A stretch of 64,000 nt of DNA from Klebsormidium nitens (taxonomy: Eukaryota > Plantae > Klebsormidiophyceae). Made by a program: the position numbers and the translations under genes. The notes beneath the pieces are model-generated. The model did not search any database. It had not been told where the DNA came from and worked only from the letters and a program-made list of their open reading frames with translations. How positions within the stretch are numbered: position 1 is the stretch's first letter; each line of letters starts with the position of its first letter. Of this stretch, positions 50,598 to 63,713 are shown piece after piece. The stretch is taken from positions 186,001 through 250,000 of the forward strand of contig DF236971.1 in assembly GCA_000708835.1 (NCBI GenBank). The letters run 5' to 3'.

Positions 50598-53491
50598 TTA
50601 ATCACCACATTGATGCATCATGACATCAATGACGTCTCCGTCCTCGACACTGCACTCTAGCAGTGTTTCCCACGGATGTAAGCGACCGCCAAAGTATAAT
50701 GAGAAGCTGTCGGGCGCAAGCCCTGAATTCTTCGGTAGAGACAACCACGCGTCTCTTAGTTTCCGCACCCGGAGACTTGGACGACACTGCAAAAGAATTG
50801 TGAAGGCTAAGCACAACCTTGGCGGCTGATTTTCCAATCCAGTAACATGAAAGAACGTCCGCCTGCCAAGATCGCCAAAGATTTATCGAGATAACTGTTA
50901 GCATGCAAGGGGATTTTTCGTCGTGTCGTTGCCAATTTTGCAGAGCAGGTCTTCATCCACAAACAACTACAAAAGCATACCATCTAGTAATGGTCCCATG
51001 ATCGGGCATAACTATCCATCTGATTGCTGATCTCCTTACCAACAAGTCGGTGATACAAACTCGTCAGCGACAACGCATGCAACGTAGGAATGCCCATTAC
51101 AAAGTCGATGGGCAACCTGGCCACCGCATTCTGACAAACTCGGACACGTCACTTATCCAATCTCTCCATAAAGAGTGGTCCATGACAGTGTCATTCAAGG
51201 TTCTTACTGTGAAGACCGTTTTGCAACCACTCTGATCCTGGAGAGTCACGGTGATACGCCCCTCGTCCTTGCGTTCTTGGCTGGAAGGAGCGTTTTCCCG
51301 AGGATCCCCTGGTTCATGTACAGCACCAGAGATGTCCTGACAAAGAGGCAGTTGCAATCAGTGAAGGATCCCGAGTTGCTTGTGTTGAAGACAATGAAGC
51401 CTTCTCCCTTTTAACCTGAAGAAGAGAACTTGAATTCTTCTGGTTGAGGGCTTCAGAAAACTTGACGCATGTTTCATCCCCAACTTTGTGTCAACCTATT
51501 GAAAGAGAGCTCATGACAGGAATCGGAAGATCAGTCATGAAAACTGCATCTGGTTTGTGTAACCAAAGACCTTGCGCTGTGGACAGGTCACAAAATGTCA
51601 TGCTTTGAAGTGGCGGCTAAGGTTCGCTTACTCTTTGGATCCCTGCTTTGTTTACCGATGCGTGGCAGATGTCAAAATCAGCCATGTACTTTGCCACAGG
51701 CAGTAGCCTTTCTGTGGATCTGTATTTCCTGGCCACGGTAGGATTGGCATCAGCGATAGGTCCACGGTCAAAGACTGCCTGCAGCTGGGGTCTGCATTTG
51801 AAGGCAAGGGAGAAGCGTGCACGGCCCTCATCCTGTGCAACACGGTGGCGAGCAGCCTGAAGATGGCCTCCTGTGGCTTCAAAGAGAGCCTGGCCACTCA
51901 GGAGGATGACTTCATTATCCGCAAGCTTGGCGGGAACAAGCTTCCACTGGTTGTGGGAGAGGACCTGCAACGACAGCACGACAACGATGACCCTGAAGCT
52001 CTACTGGCGCAATGTTGATGATTGGAACGAAGCACAGTCACCACTTCATTGGTGCAATCAGCATCACTGTTCAGACCCTTCAAACTACAAGAAGAACATT
52101 GATTGGATTAAGGGGAGGTTGTGGGATGGGCGGCTCGCAAACCCGCTTGAGATGCTTGTCTTCCTTCTCTGCTGTTCAACAGACTGTTCTGGATAAATTG
52201 ACATGCACACAAGTGGGGTGCCATTACACCTGTTTCAGGTTGATCACATCTATCAAAGCTGCTAAAGAGATTTTACAAGCATGATCAGAAAGAGTGGGCG
52301 AGGTAGTCCCTGAGCAACGCAACTGGTGCAAGCAGCCTTTCAACATGTAGAATAAAATCAAAAAAATTCCAGGCAAAGAGAGGCGGGATTGAGTCATCCA
52401 ATCTTTGCAATGAATGGCTGGGCTCTCATGTGGGGCCAGCCATATGATGCAAAGCAGTGGAGGAGACAGAAGGAAGCTCCATCAATCCACTTACCTCCAA
52501 TCCTGGCTCGTCGGAGGCGATCATTGTGACCAGTCCCTTGTCAACATGTTCTGGACAAGCGCTCTGGATGGCCTTGCCTTTCCCCCTCTCGCTTGATCTC
52601 TCCTTGTAGTGAAAATAGGAAAGCACCGAGGCCGATGTAGTTCCGGGATGCAGGGGTTCATTGTCGAGGAGGGGATTGAACGAGCTTGTGTGTACCCGCA
52701 GACCCCAGGCCAGAGCAGCCAATATTAACGAGAAGCGTTGCTCAGCGTCGCGAAGTTCTCAACCAAGATTGGTTCATGAGGTCTGGACATGGGGGGCAAA
52801 CATGATAAGCCAAATGTCCTCAGACGCTTGATAAGCAACACGCCCATCATATCAGTGCGATGCTCGAGTCACTACAGGGCAAACAAGATGGACTAGGAGC
52901 TATCGCCTTGTTAGAGTACATGTCATGATGTGACTAGAATGTGCAAGGAAGTCAGGTGATTTTTCGTCTGGAAGACAATGAAGGATATTTCTTCAACAGC
53001 AGCTTCAAGAAGCAGCAGCTTCGAACATGTTGGCTATCTGCAGATTGTTTCGCAATCTGCTGATCAGGGTGAAAGGGTGTGCAGCAAGAAGGCGACGCAC
53101 CCAATTGGTCGGTGCTGCGTAATGAATTTTGTTTAAGCCTGTACAAAGACAGCGAGAGGGCCTACCTGTCTCCGAGTATGGCATTGTATAACTCCTTGTC
53201 AGGCAATAAATGGTAGCCGCCTTCTGTCTCAGAAGCAGGTTCTCTAGGCCGCTTCAAACCCTGGCTCCATTCCTTTCCAAATCTTGAAGTAGCTTACGCT
53301 AGACCATCTTTCAAAATGCTCGCCTCTGCTTCATCCAACTGTATGATGCAAACATGGTCAGTCCTAAGGGCTTGCATCAGATCATCCCCAGCACTTTCGT
53401 AAGCTTCATCAGCTACTCCAACAGTGCGTTTCAAGTGGCTCAGCTGGACCCTCGCAATGCCGCTTTCAAGGCTTCTGGCTGCCATGTTCAT
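50598..53491 (-). pseudogene. 2OG-Fe(II) oxygenase fused to a C-terminal SUMO-like domain; disabled by a premature stop and a frameshift
   Basis: Exons about 53166-53491, 52495-about 52870, 51632-51964, 51208-51336 and 50598-50786. Motifs HVDKGLVT (HxD), ARHRV (distal His) and ARFSLAF (RxS). SUMO-like ITVTLQDQSGCKTVFT...FSLYFGGRL...VEDGDVIDVMMHQCGD*. In-frame TAA at 53294-53296 and an apparent 1 nt deletion near 52728. Confidence 0.8.
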
Positions 53492-54391
53492 GCAGCAGGT
53501 GTCCTCCTGACCACAGTTTCCGGTACTTGGCAACCAAAGCTAGAGAGGAGGCCTCAAGCTTCAAAAGCTTCAATGCTGTCTTCGCAGCCAATGCCTCCCG
53601 CCCCCTTCCCCGCAGAGAGACAGCAAATCTGCAGCCTCAGGTTGGGTCTCAGAGCTGGCAACTAGAGCTTGGCGCGCGGATGGCCTGATGGAGTTGCTCG
53701 AAATGTAATATGTTTTGAGCCGCCGATCTTCACCAGATACGACTCTCGACGGCTCAGATATGCATACCTTTGTCGCGGCACTGGTCATAAGCACAGTTCG
53801 ATTTCAAACAGCAGCTCTGAGCTCAGCCACTTCTCCGGAGTCCAAATTCTTGGCTGCAAAGATCTGAAACTTCAAAGGTGAGGCTGCTACATAGGGAAGC
53901 CGCAGTGCCAGCAGCCTGCTCTACCGTAGGTAAATTTCAAAAACGGGGGACTGGTAGACCAGGATTGCAGATTGCAATCTCTGCGAAGCAGCTCCTGAAG
54001 CCTCTGAGTGTGGGTTGATACCTATGTGAGTTGGTTGTCAGCTACTGTGAGCACTTCGCGTCGGGGGGGCTTGCAAGCAGGCGGCTTTGAAGTTGGGTAG
54101 GGCCAACGTGCCGCTGCGTTTCTCGGCCCACATTTGTTGAGCCTTCAAACTTGTCTGGAGAGCATGTAGGATGCCTGCAGGGGAGACAGTGCAGGCCTTG
54201 CAAAAGTTGCATGCTTATTGCCTCATGTGAGACATGCATTGAGTATAGGGGGAGCCCTTTGAAGCTGGAAAGAATCGATTCTATTCTGAGCTTTTATCAG
54301 CAGCAAGGACTAGCTGCCAAAAACAGCCTGTAGCAATGTTTCAAGGAGGGCAGGGGCTCTTCGCTTGATGTGACATCAGGAGACTGCGGCT

Positions 54392-57391
54392 ATGGATGAC
54401 TCTGAGACGTACTTCTATGAAGAGGACTTTGACGATGCTGGCTTGCTCTCAGCTGTGCATGAGGCAGAAGCGTCCAAGCGGCAGAAGATGAATGCAAGCG
54501 AATGTGATCTAGGCAGCAACGTCATCCATGTAAAGCTCCCTGAAGTGCTCACTGGGTGGGCTCAACAGACGGGCATGCCAGCGCGTCCCACCATAAGAGA
54601 GCTTCCGCAGACACCAGCTTCGGGGAGGAGCCACAGCAACATGAATGGGGGAGGGGGATCTGGGAGACCCCGATCAGAGGGTCGAATGGTGCCCCCCACT
54701 GCAACAGCATCTGATCCCAGTGCCACCTTGAGCCTTGTTCCTATATTGGCTCCACAGCGGGAGCACAGAGTTGAGGTCGAGCACACTGCTCAGCGGGGCA
54801 ATGTGCAGCATGGCCAGAGCTACGGACAGAACAGTAGACCCCCTGACAGTCAGCGAGCAGGACAGCAGCAGAACGCGTCGCACCTAGTTCCTGACAACCA
54901 GCTTATGTACCCTCTGGTGTTGCCAAGTGCCACCCCCCCTCCTCCAGCATCGCCACAGCCACCTTCCTGGCAAGCTAGTGGTGCAACAGACAATTCCTAC
55001 TTTGTAACACACCCCCCCGCTACCTCCAGGCCCTCCACCTCCTATCAGCAACCACATACCCCTCAGCCAGGGAATCAACGGCTGCCCTTGCAGCAGGTTT
55101 CCGAGAATCGGCAAGTTCCCGGCGCGCTCGCTCTTGTAGATAGGAAAGAAGCCAGGCCTCAAGTCGTTGCAGCTGGAGGGCAGGAGAACGTGCCTGCTGC
55201 GCCGCCGGCAAAGAAGAAGGAACTGTGGTTGGACTGCCCCCGCGCCTCTGTCTTCAGGTCCTTCCAGGATGAGGCCATGCAGGTGAGGAACTTTTGCTGC
55301 AGTGACCTTCAAGAAGTGTTTTCTGACCAACTGCTTGGGGCAACTTAAATTGAGACAAGTGTTCCCTAGTGCTGGTCACACCACTGCAAGTGCTATGGGC
55401 CTTAAGGTCCTCTTAGGGGGCACAGCCTACACGTAACGTGCGACAAGTGCCTCGCTTCGTTCTCAAAGTGTCTTCTTTGAGTGGTACATAGGAGCTGAAA
55501 ATCACATGCTGTCACAGCGTCCAACAAGCTGCGGCTGATCGTCAACGAATCTGCGGTGTTCCGTCGGTGGCGCATGCAGGTTTCACTACTCAAGTGTCCA
55601 AGTGTCCTGCATATATTTTGAGGTGGTAGAGTTCCCAATCAGAAGGTCGTAGCCAGTACGCTTTCACAACCCACACGAACGCTCAGGGATTGATTCAAAT
55701 ATGCTTGCAGATACTAGATCCATGCGACTACCAGATGCTGCAAGGGAAGAGGATGATAAAGAAGACAGGTGGGCAAGCATCTCGTCGACAGTCTCTCTCC
55801 AAATTCAACAAAAGATGCTCAAAGGTACTATGCCTCGTCAAGGACGATCACGAAACTACCTAGCAGCGAGCGTTGCAGTGTCTTGCTAACAATCTCAAGC
55901 ATTTGATCTCAGCAGCTGTTGATACTCCCAGACGAACAATATTATGATAAAGCTACTGCGCTGCTGTGTGCCGTTACTCATATCAGACGTTGACAGCCAC
56001 ATGTTTGGCGCCTTTTCGTCTACGGTTAGGCTTTGCAGGGAATCGGAGAAGCAAACATGTCCGTTTCCGCAGAACACCTCTTTCCAAGTAGATTACCTAG
56101 TTGCTGTTCCTCATATGTATCCGCCGGCTCTTCGCTGCTCGGCCTCTTCATTCCTCCCTCATCCCCAATGATGTTTCCGACATGAATCTGCGTTAGTTTC
56201 TGCTCCCTAATCCTTTTCCCCAAGGTGCTTTTGCTTCTGGAACCTACCGGAACTGCACCGTTTACATGACTTTGCAGGGTGGCGGAAGCTGGGCATGTTC
56301 TTCGGCGTCAACTACGAGATCAAGGACTTCCGGGACGAGACGGACCAGAACGGGGACATTGTGCGGTCCAGATTCTGGGTGAAAGCAATCATGCCGTGAG
56401 TCTCTTGCCTTCCTCGTAATCCGTTGTCAATGTGGATAAGAAAATGTGCGTTATACGTTTCAAGACAGGAGCTTAAGAAGGATTGGGGCTCGGGCTTTGG
56501 GTTCGCCTGTCATTCTCAAGGTCAGGTTTGTGGTCAAGAGTGTCAGCTCATGGCCGCTAGGAGGGATGAAGCATTAAGGATCTTATAAGTCTGGAGATTG
56601 ATCAGTAGCTCCGGCTGGCCTGTCGCTGCCACAGTAAACTGCAAACGCTCGGACAACTGCATTCAGCTTTGACACAGGTCATGCGAGGTGGTCTTTCGAT
56701 TGAGCGAACGGGGGACGTCCATCTAACATATTAGTTCCTAGAAACCGCTCTGTGCTCGAGAAGCATGTTGGGATTCTTGTTCCCCTAACCGAGAAGGCAG
56801 CCAGTCCAAGTGCACGCCTGAGATTCTATCTCTAGAAACCGTAGCTTTGACCGACTCTTACCCCCCGCCAAACCCACCGCTCTGCAGAAACGGGCGGTAC
56901 TGTGAGGCCACAGGCTCCTGCGACGCCAACGAGAAGCGCTTCTCGAAGCCGAACAACGACATCCCGGCAACTGCAGAGACGCGGGCCAAAACACGAGCAG
57001 TTCAGGTGGGCCTTGAGCCTTTGCCATAGCTCTAGTGATAGATCCGGTGTTGTTCCATACATACAAGCGACGACTCATGCTTGAAACATCCGCATATCTT
57101 CTGCAGCCACATAATTGTCAACGGGCAGGCTAACTTTGGTTAGAACTATCCAAGCCTTTGCTGGTGTGGCCTCGAGTAGCAAATGCACCCGCGTCTGACT
57201 TTGACAGATAGCAGGGTTATACAAGAGACGGAGCTTGGTGTCGGTCAGTGCGGTCAGCCCCTGATTTCGCCAAAAACCCCTAAGCTGTGCGGCAGTCGAG
57301 AAAACAATTCGTGCTCAAGGCATAGAGAGTTGAAACTTTGTGCTTCCTGCAGGATCTCCTTGGCATAGGCGAATGGAAGAGCCATCAATGA
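54392..57391 (+). CDS. Conserved hypothetical protein, 407 aa: long disordered N-terminus plus a C-terminal GWRK...IPATAETRAK.RA..DLLG domain
   Basis: join(54392-55282,55711-55768,56278-56395,56888-57005,57353-57391), canonical sites, phases 0, 1, 2, 0 match. C-terminus resembles an uncharacterised plant family recalled from memory. Confidence 0.85.
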
Positions 57392-58610
57392 GCTTCAGAT
57401 GTCAAGATGTCGCATTGACAGTCAGATACCCGTCAAACGCACTGTAAATCCTGGCCAGTGTTGCGAGTCTCACGAAAGCTACAAATTGAGCTTTAGGGGC
57501 GTTGGGCTCGCTGCCAATAAGGTGGCACTTTGCAATGTTCAGGTGAGCTTTACTATGTCACATGTACATTCGGGTTCCATACGATTTTGCGCTCTCTCCG
57601 GGGTTTGAAGATTGAAGCCCGGTGCTATACTGAGCCTGACTCTCGTCAAAAAGTGCAAATTCGCGGATCATGTGAAGCCCCTGAAAATGGGCAATTGAAT
57701 GAGCAGATTCAAGCGAAAATAACGTCGCCTCCTTGTTGCCATGAAGGAACAGCCAAGTTTTATTCGCTGAGCATGGAAGTCTATGCCAAAGCAAAATCGA
57801 TGCGCTCCAAACTGATGAGCTAGCTCCGCGGGCGGAACATTTCCCCTCCATCGTACTTCTTGACACGTTGCTATTATAGCGAGAATTGTGGTGCCCACAT
57901 GGCAGCAAGTGAGCAGACAATTGATGGGGTCTTCCTGATCGTATATGATGATGTCGATCGTAGCCAGCGCGGCGCGTTGCCATATCATCATGGCATGGCA
58001 TCCGATCCCTACGTGTATTGATTGCATGGGCGAGTCATCTGAGCGAATTGCCTCGTCACCATCTGGCATGCATCAAAATTCACACATCAGCGTAAACCTC
58101 TTCATGTTCTGGTTGTGCATGAAGCTTTGGGCGCGCGGCCACGGGCGCATCATTGAAGAGTCCGAGCACGGGGCCCCGGCCCGGGCCGCACGGTCTGGGA
58201 GTCAAAACTCTAATATTCTCCAACAATGAAGCAGAATTACCAACAGTACGCGTCTGGTTTCGAGTTCCTCACGTTCCTGCTAAGGAGGCAACTACGAACG
58301 GATAGAGCTTTTAATCTGGCCACACTAACAATTAGTGAAAGCAGAGGGATTATGTCCGTTTTCGTCAGATCACTTCGCCGTCGAACGGAGGAGTGTCGAT
58401 CAGAAAGGAAACGTCAGGCTTGTGCACTCATGACGAAAATTGGACAAAACTTCGACTCTTGGTGTGCACTCTCTCACTTGAAAAGGTTCCATCCAGTCAG
58501 AGTGGACATTGAAGCTGCTTCGCTGCCGGTCTTCTCCCACTTTGCCCGCGCAAACAAACACAAAAGCAAGAGCTAGCACGGAGAGTGAAAACGGGCTCTC
58601 GCTTGCGCAC

Positions 58611-59620
58611 CTTCCTGCAAACGCCGCACCGCTCATGGAGCTTCTTCCCTTCCCGGGCTTTCTCCCCACAGTGGTTGCACACCATGGTCGCCGTGGCATC
58701 GCCCTCCCAGGTGCTTTCCCCGGGTGCTTCCCGCGTGCTTCCCCCGGACGCCCCACTGAGACTCGTTGCGTGCGCCGAAAATCGGGCCAGCTGCGGACGT
58801 CCAAAAGAAAGGCAATCAAAGATTCGGAACCGGTTGTACGTCGTCTTTAGGACTGGCTTATCTTCCGGCAAGTTTCCGTGTGCGGCGACTCTTCACGCTC
58901 CGGACTCGTTGCGTCCGCCAGAAACCGCGTCAGTTGCGGATGCCGAGGAGGAGTGGAGATCAGACAAATTGCAGAGTTGCATGTTTCTAAGACTGGCTTA
59001 CTGCCCCCGCGTGCTATCTTCGGACGCTCCGGACCACAGGCTCATCAGCTTGATGGCAGTGGATGGGTTCCAGCCTTGTCGTTCTGCATATTCGAAGATG
59101 TATGCACGCGCGTGCTCTGACGATCCAGAGTCCACTAGTACAGCGCGGAGATTTTCGTGCCAAGCAGCGACAAAGGCTGCAATGCTTGCCTGGTTTGCGA
59201 AGATTTGCGAATCGAAGGCGCCTGTGGAGCGCCTGCAAAGGGCCCTCTCCTGGCTTGCGCGCTAAAATTTGCATGCAGCTTTAGGCAAAGAAGCACAGCG
59301 CCCGCGCGCCCCGCAGAGCGCAAAGTCCTACATGAGACTCCTTGAGACCAGGCAGTACCGTTTTGCAGCTGTGGAACTGCAATTCTTAGGTCAGCGCTGA
59401 TAAGCACCCACTGCTGATTCTTTTCAGAGCATTCATATTTGAGCGCATGCAACGAATCAGACCTACAACATCATCAAGAAGAAGACTTGGCGCGATTGTC
59501 AGAAAAGGCCAATAATAATCTCTTGATCGTCTCTGCCACCAGAGATTACGGTATAAGCTGATAAAGGAAGCCTCAGGGAGTTTCAATCGTGCTGCAAGCT
59601 CCATTACATGCGTGGGAAGA
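58611..59620 (-). pseudogene. Degenerate MYND-finger gene fragment
   Basis: Exon 58611-58790 encodes CNHCGEKAREGKKLHERCGVCRK|gtgcgc but has a 4 nt insertion (frameshift) relative to its paralog at 62876-63048. Protein-like upstream segments at about 59020-59265 and 59386-59620. Confidence 0.6.
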
Positions 59621-59656
59621 GCGCCACAAGCGCACTGCCCCGCGCGCAAGTGAAAT

Positions 59657-61392
59657 ATGGAAGAGGATCTCGACAAGACCGTGGAAAGGTTTGCTAAGAT
59701 GCTGCTTGAAACAGAAATTCCTCAAGATGTTTGGAGCGTTTGCCTCCTGCTGGAAGACGTCTCCCTTACACGTCCTGAAGGCCGGGAGGTTTCCGCAAGG
59801 ACTGTCCAGGAGCTCGCAGCCTACCAAGGGGGATTCGTTTTACAAACGATCTTAACCAGAGTCCTCATGGAAGTGCATTTGGAGCGTGATATGACCGAAG
59901 AGTACGTCAAAAAAGTACTGGGAGTATACGACATGAGCTACCAGGCCCTAGGAACTCTGACCGGAAGCAAGGTAGTGGTAGAACGCTGCTTGAACGTCCT
60001 CGCGAAAGAGGAACGGCAGATGGCGCGAATCATTTACAAGAGGCTGCTTGAAAATGCTCTGAAAGTGGCCCGCAGTTTCAAGGACGGAGTCGAAGAACAT
60101 GGACCGTTAATCAAGCCGCTGGTTGTGGGACCTCTGGAGTGCTTGGCCAACTTTGTGAGAGGATCCAGGATCTTCCGGGCCGGCATGCGAGACATCCTTG
60201 AAGAAACTACCATCTCAGATTCCCTGGGGTTCTTTCTATCTGCTGACTTCGTTGAAAAGGTGATTCAAGAGGATGCAACCCTGATCCAGCACTTCCTGAC
60301 CAGTCTAGCATCTTCGCTTGCGTTCTATCCTGACAGCCAACTGTGGGCTATCGACAAGGGGCTTCTCGAGATGCTAGCAGCAATCTTTGAAAGCTCCCCG
60401 TTGCAGCAGCTTTGGCAGGGTGCGAGAAGTAGCGACTTTCCCGTTGCGAGGTGTACTGCAATCCTACTCCTCTTGCTGGAAACAGAGGTAACGACGGAAG
60501 AGCTGCGCGCGCACAACGCGCTGACGACCTTCAGGCCCTATAAGTGGAAGATGGAGTTAGCGTACCCAGGTCTGGAAGCTTGGAGCTACTTCGAAACACG
60601 CTTGGAAGGTCGACCGAGAGGAGAGGACTGCAAGGTGAAAGCCGAGATCAAAGGAGGGACATGTGCTGGAGTCGTATGCTCATGGAAGCGGTGCACCGCA
60701 GGCCGCGAGCCTTCCTCGGGAAAGAAGTTTGGAAAATGCGGAGGCTGTCGAGTGGCTCGCTATTGCAGGTGAGATCCACCGCAAACTCATTGCAGGCAAC
60801 GCGTGCCCGTTCTCGATTGATGCAACACACAGTCTGCCACCTCAAGAAATCTGCACGCTTCTTGACGCCTTGGAATGATAAATCACCAAAAGAGGATAAG
60901 GCCACAGGAGATTGGCGCGGCCTGAAAGGATGGGCCTTCATCCTGAGACCGCCAGATTACGTACCCCTCAACTTGGCTTGATTGATGTACGAGTCGTTCT
61001 GATCTTTGCTTCGCTCTTTGAAGTAAGGGGTTTTCACTGACCAGCACAACGGCCTTCAGGAAGCGTTTAACGCCCTAATAAGAACGCTCGAATGAACCTC
61101 AGAGCCAGTCGCCTCCAATTCATTTATCTTCCATTATGAAGTTCATCAGATACTCGTAGGAAGTCTGACTTATTTTCTTTCTACTATTCTGATTCATTGA
61201 TTCATAGTAGCACGAGCTCTAGTGAATCAACACGAAAAAATAGAGGTCTGGGTTTGTAATAATAACTGACAAGTTGCAATTGCATCTGTTATGTGTTGCA
61301 GCAAGGAGCATCAGAAATTGCACTGGTCAAGCCACAAAATCCACTGCCGGGCCGGACGAGCGACAAGTTCGAGTTTGTTGCTGAGGGTATAG
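59657..61392 (+). CDS. MYND-type zinc finger protein with a large helical N-terminal region, 400 aa, 2 exons
   Basis: join(59657-60768,61302-61392). Splicing AG|gtgaga...tgcag|C completes CSWKRC...KFGKCGGCRVARYCSKEHQKLHWSSHKIHC. Confidence 0.9.
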
Positions 61393-62875
61393 AAGGTGCG
61401 GATCTGAACGAGAAGCTCGCCGGTTGATGCACTTCCTTTACCATCAGCACGTCCAGGCCGTCTGAACGCTTCTTCAAAAGATCGAGTCTTTTGCAAGATT
61501 CGCTATTACGATCTCAACAGATCAAGTGACGGATCCATGAAGTAGACACAAATTTCGGTCGGACTGAACATTGTCTGCTTGAGGACCATGTCAAAATGGT
61601 CGTAGAGGCCACGTGGTTTTGGGCTGCCTTCATATTGGAGAATGCAATGAAACGAGTGGAGCCTCAAGTATGTGGTAGCTCGCACAAAAATATCTGATGG
61701 ATCGACCCCTCAATTTCATGAACATTGCATGAATCCTCCAATCCAAAAGCGAGTTACCGGCGGCGTGTTCAATGAGTGCCTAAATATCTGAGGGTAGCTG
61801 CATACAAGACTCAAATTGGGTCGGAGGCTGAAGTTGAACGTGCAACTGCACACCACTATTGATTCAAATGATCGCCACGCCTGAAGCAAGTTGTAGCTAG
61901 ATTGGAAAGGCTTTCATGCAACGAGGCACATGGTACGTGATGTGTTGCCAGACTACATACGCAAGTTGACCGATTGGCACGCCCGTGTACATCCCGCTAA
62001 CTTACAAAACTATATAACTGCTTCATCATCGGGCATATACGACATACTAAGCTAGCCGGGCATGCATAAGGGGCCGGAATCATCCAATCATGATATCATA
62101 TGTTTGTACTTAGGTTATCCTGTTTGGTCATTTATGTTCCACATTTGCAAGGGGTTACACTTCTTCAGGTCCCTGCTACTTCTGACACTTCTACGCATTC
62201 CCTAGGCTCCATCCGAATGACACTTAATTGCGGAATCATGCTATCTACTTTTGAGTCGAGCGAGTTCACTAGGGCTGGTTCACAATCTGATTATCAAACC
62301 TAGGACGTTTGTCCCTTGCAAGCTTCCCTGTGCCCCTTCCGCCACGCAGCCGACTGGCATTCCCGTCCACAATATTTAGCCTGCGCAACAAACCATCTTT
62401 GATTAGACCACTTCCCCTCTTCCCCAAATCTCCGTTCTTCGGTAGATAGTATGGATCGGTCCGTTTTCATTCATCGCTCGTGAAGGGCCAATCCAACAAC
62501 CAAGCAGGTTATCAGCAGCACGCATCTGGATGCTAAGTTCCTCAATCTTCTGCTAAGGAGACAACTCGCGAACGGCTAGAGCTTTTTACCTGGCCCAAAT
62601 AACCAAAGCAGACGGGTTGTACCGTTTTCGTCGGATCTTTTTGTCGTCGAACGGAGTAACAACCAGAGAGTCTGACTTCCGATTGCTGCACCAGTGACGA
62701 ATAGAATCTACGAACCGAGCACGTCACATCCTCCTCCGAATAACGCGTTTTATTCGGATAAGACCAGTGGACACCGACCCTGCTTCAAAGCCACTCTGCC
62801 CCCATCTTGCCCGCACGAACAAACACGAAAGCAAGAGCTAGCACGGACAGAGAAAACGCGCTTTCGCTTGCGCAC

Positions 62876-63713
62876 CTTTCTGCAGACGCCGCACCGCTGG
62901 AGCTTCTTCCCCTCCCGGGCCTTCTCCCCGCAGTGGTCGCACACCTTGGCCGCCGTGGCATCGCCTTCCCGGGTGCTTTCCCCGGGTGCTTCCCGCGTGC
63001 TTCCCCCGGACGCTCCAGACTCGTTGCGGGCGCCCGAAACCGCGCGAGCTGCGGACGCCCAAAAGGAATAAGAGATTCTGACGGCTGTGTCTCTTTAAGA
63101 CAAATATTGCTTTCGGTTACTCGTGCCCTTTCTGACAAGGCTCCGGAATCTTTTCGCCAGGACCTGCGGCCGCTGCAGGCGTCAGAAGAAAAGGGATCAG
63201 ACGACATGACCGGTTGTACGTCTTTACGACTGACTTACTGCTTCCGGAATACTGTGTGTGTTTTCTTCAAACGCTTCGGACTCGTTGCGTGCGCCCGAAA
63301 CCGCGCCAGCTGCGGACGCCCAAAAGGAATGTACTCAGAAGTTTTTGCAGGGATTATTCAAGACTGGCGTACTGCCCCCAGCTTCCCGTGTGCTTTTCTC
63401 GGACGCACCGGACTCGTGGCGTGCGCCTGAAACCGCGCCAGCTGCGGACTTACAACGAAAGGGAATCAGAGATTCTGACCGGTCTGTATGACTTTTGAAC
63501 TCGCTTATCGCCTCCGGCTTCCGTTTTCATTTCATAATAATCTCTTTTAGCGGGTCCTGGTTGCGTGCGCCAGAAGCTGCGCCAGAAGGGGACGTCACTA
63601 GAAAGGAGGACGAGAGATTCTGACGCTGGAATGGCTTTGAGACCGCCTTATGCGGGTACCGGCTCTGTGTGTGCTTGCCCCGGACTCGTCCGGTGCTCCG
63701 GAGACAGCTCCAG
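62876..63713 (-). CDS. Internal exons of a second MYND-finger gene; 5' part beyond the window, last exon unresolved
   Basis: Exon 62876-63048 (cgcag|CT...VCDHCGEKAREGKKLQRCGVCRK|gtgcgc), preceded by short GT-AG-bounded related exons at 63121-63172, 63239-63309, 63373-63441 and about 63660-63713. Confidence 0.55.

Larger units (their letters stand above)
58270..63450. repeat. Direct segmental duplication: about 58270-59060 and 62550-63450
   Basis: Shared blocks such as gctaaggag.caact..cgaacgg.tagagctttt, aaacac.aaagcaagagctagcacgga and the MYND exon. Same orientation, about 4.3 kb apart, flanking the intact + strand MYND gene. Confidence 0.85.

Noticed and set aside
55200-55282. RecQ/DEAD helicase Q-motif suggested by FRSFQDEAMQ
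   Set aside because: Downstream exons contain no Walker A or DEAH motif and splice into a different domain.
58585-59265. 226 aa + strand ORF
   Set aside because: Antisense to the MYND pseudogene exons and repeats; no domain or native-looking composition.
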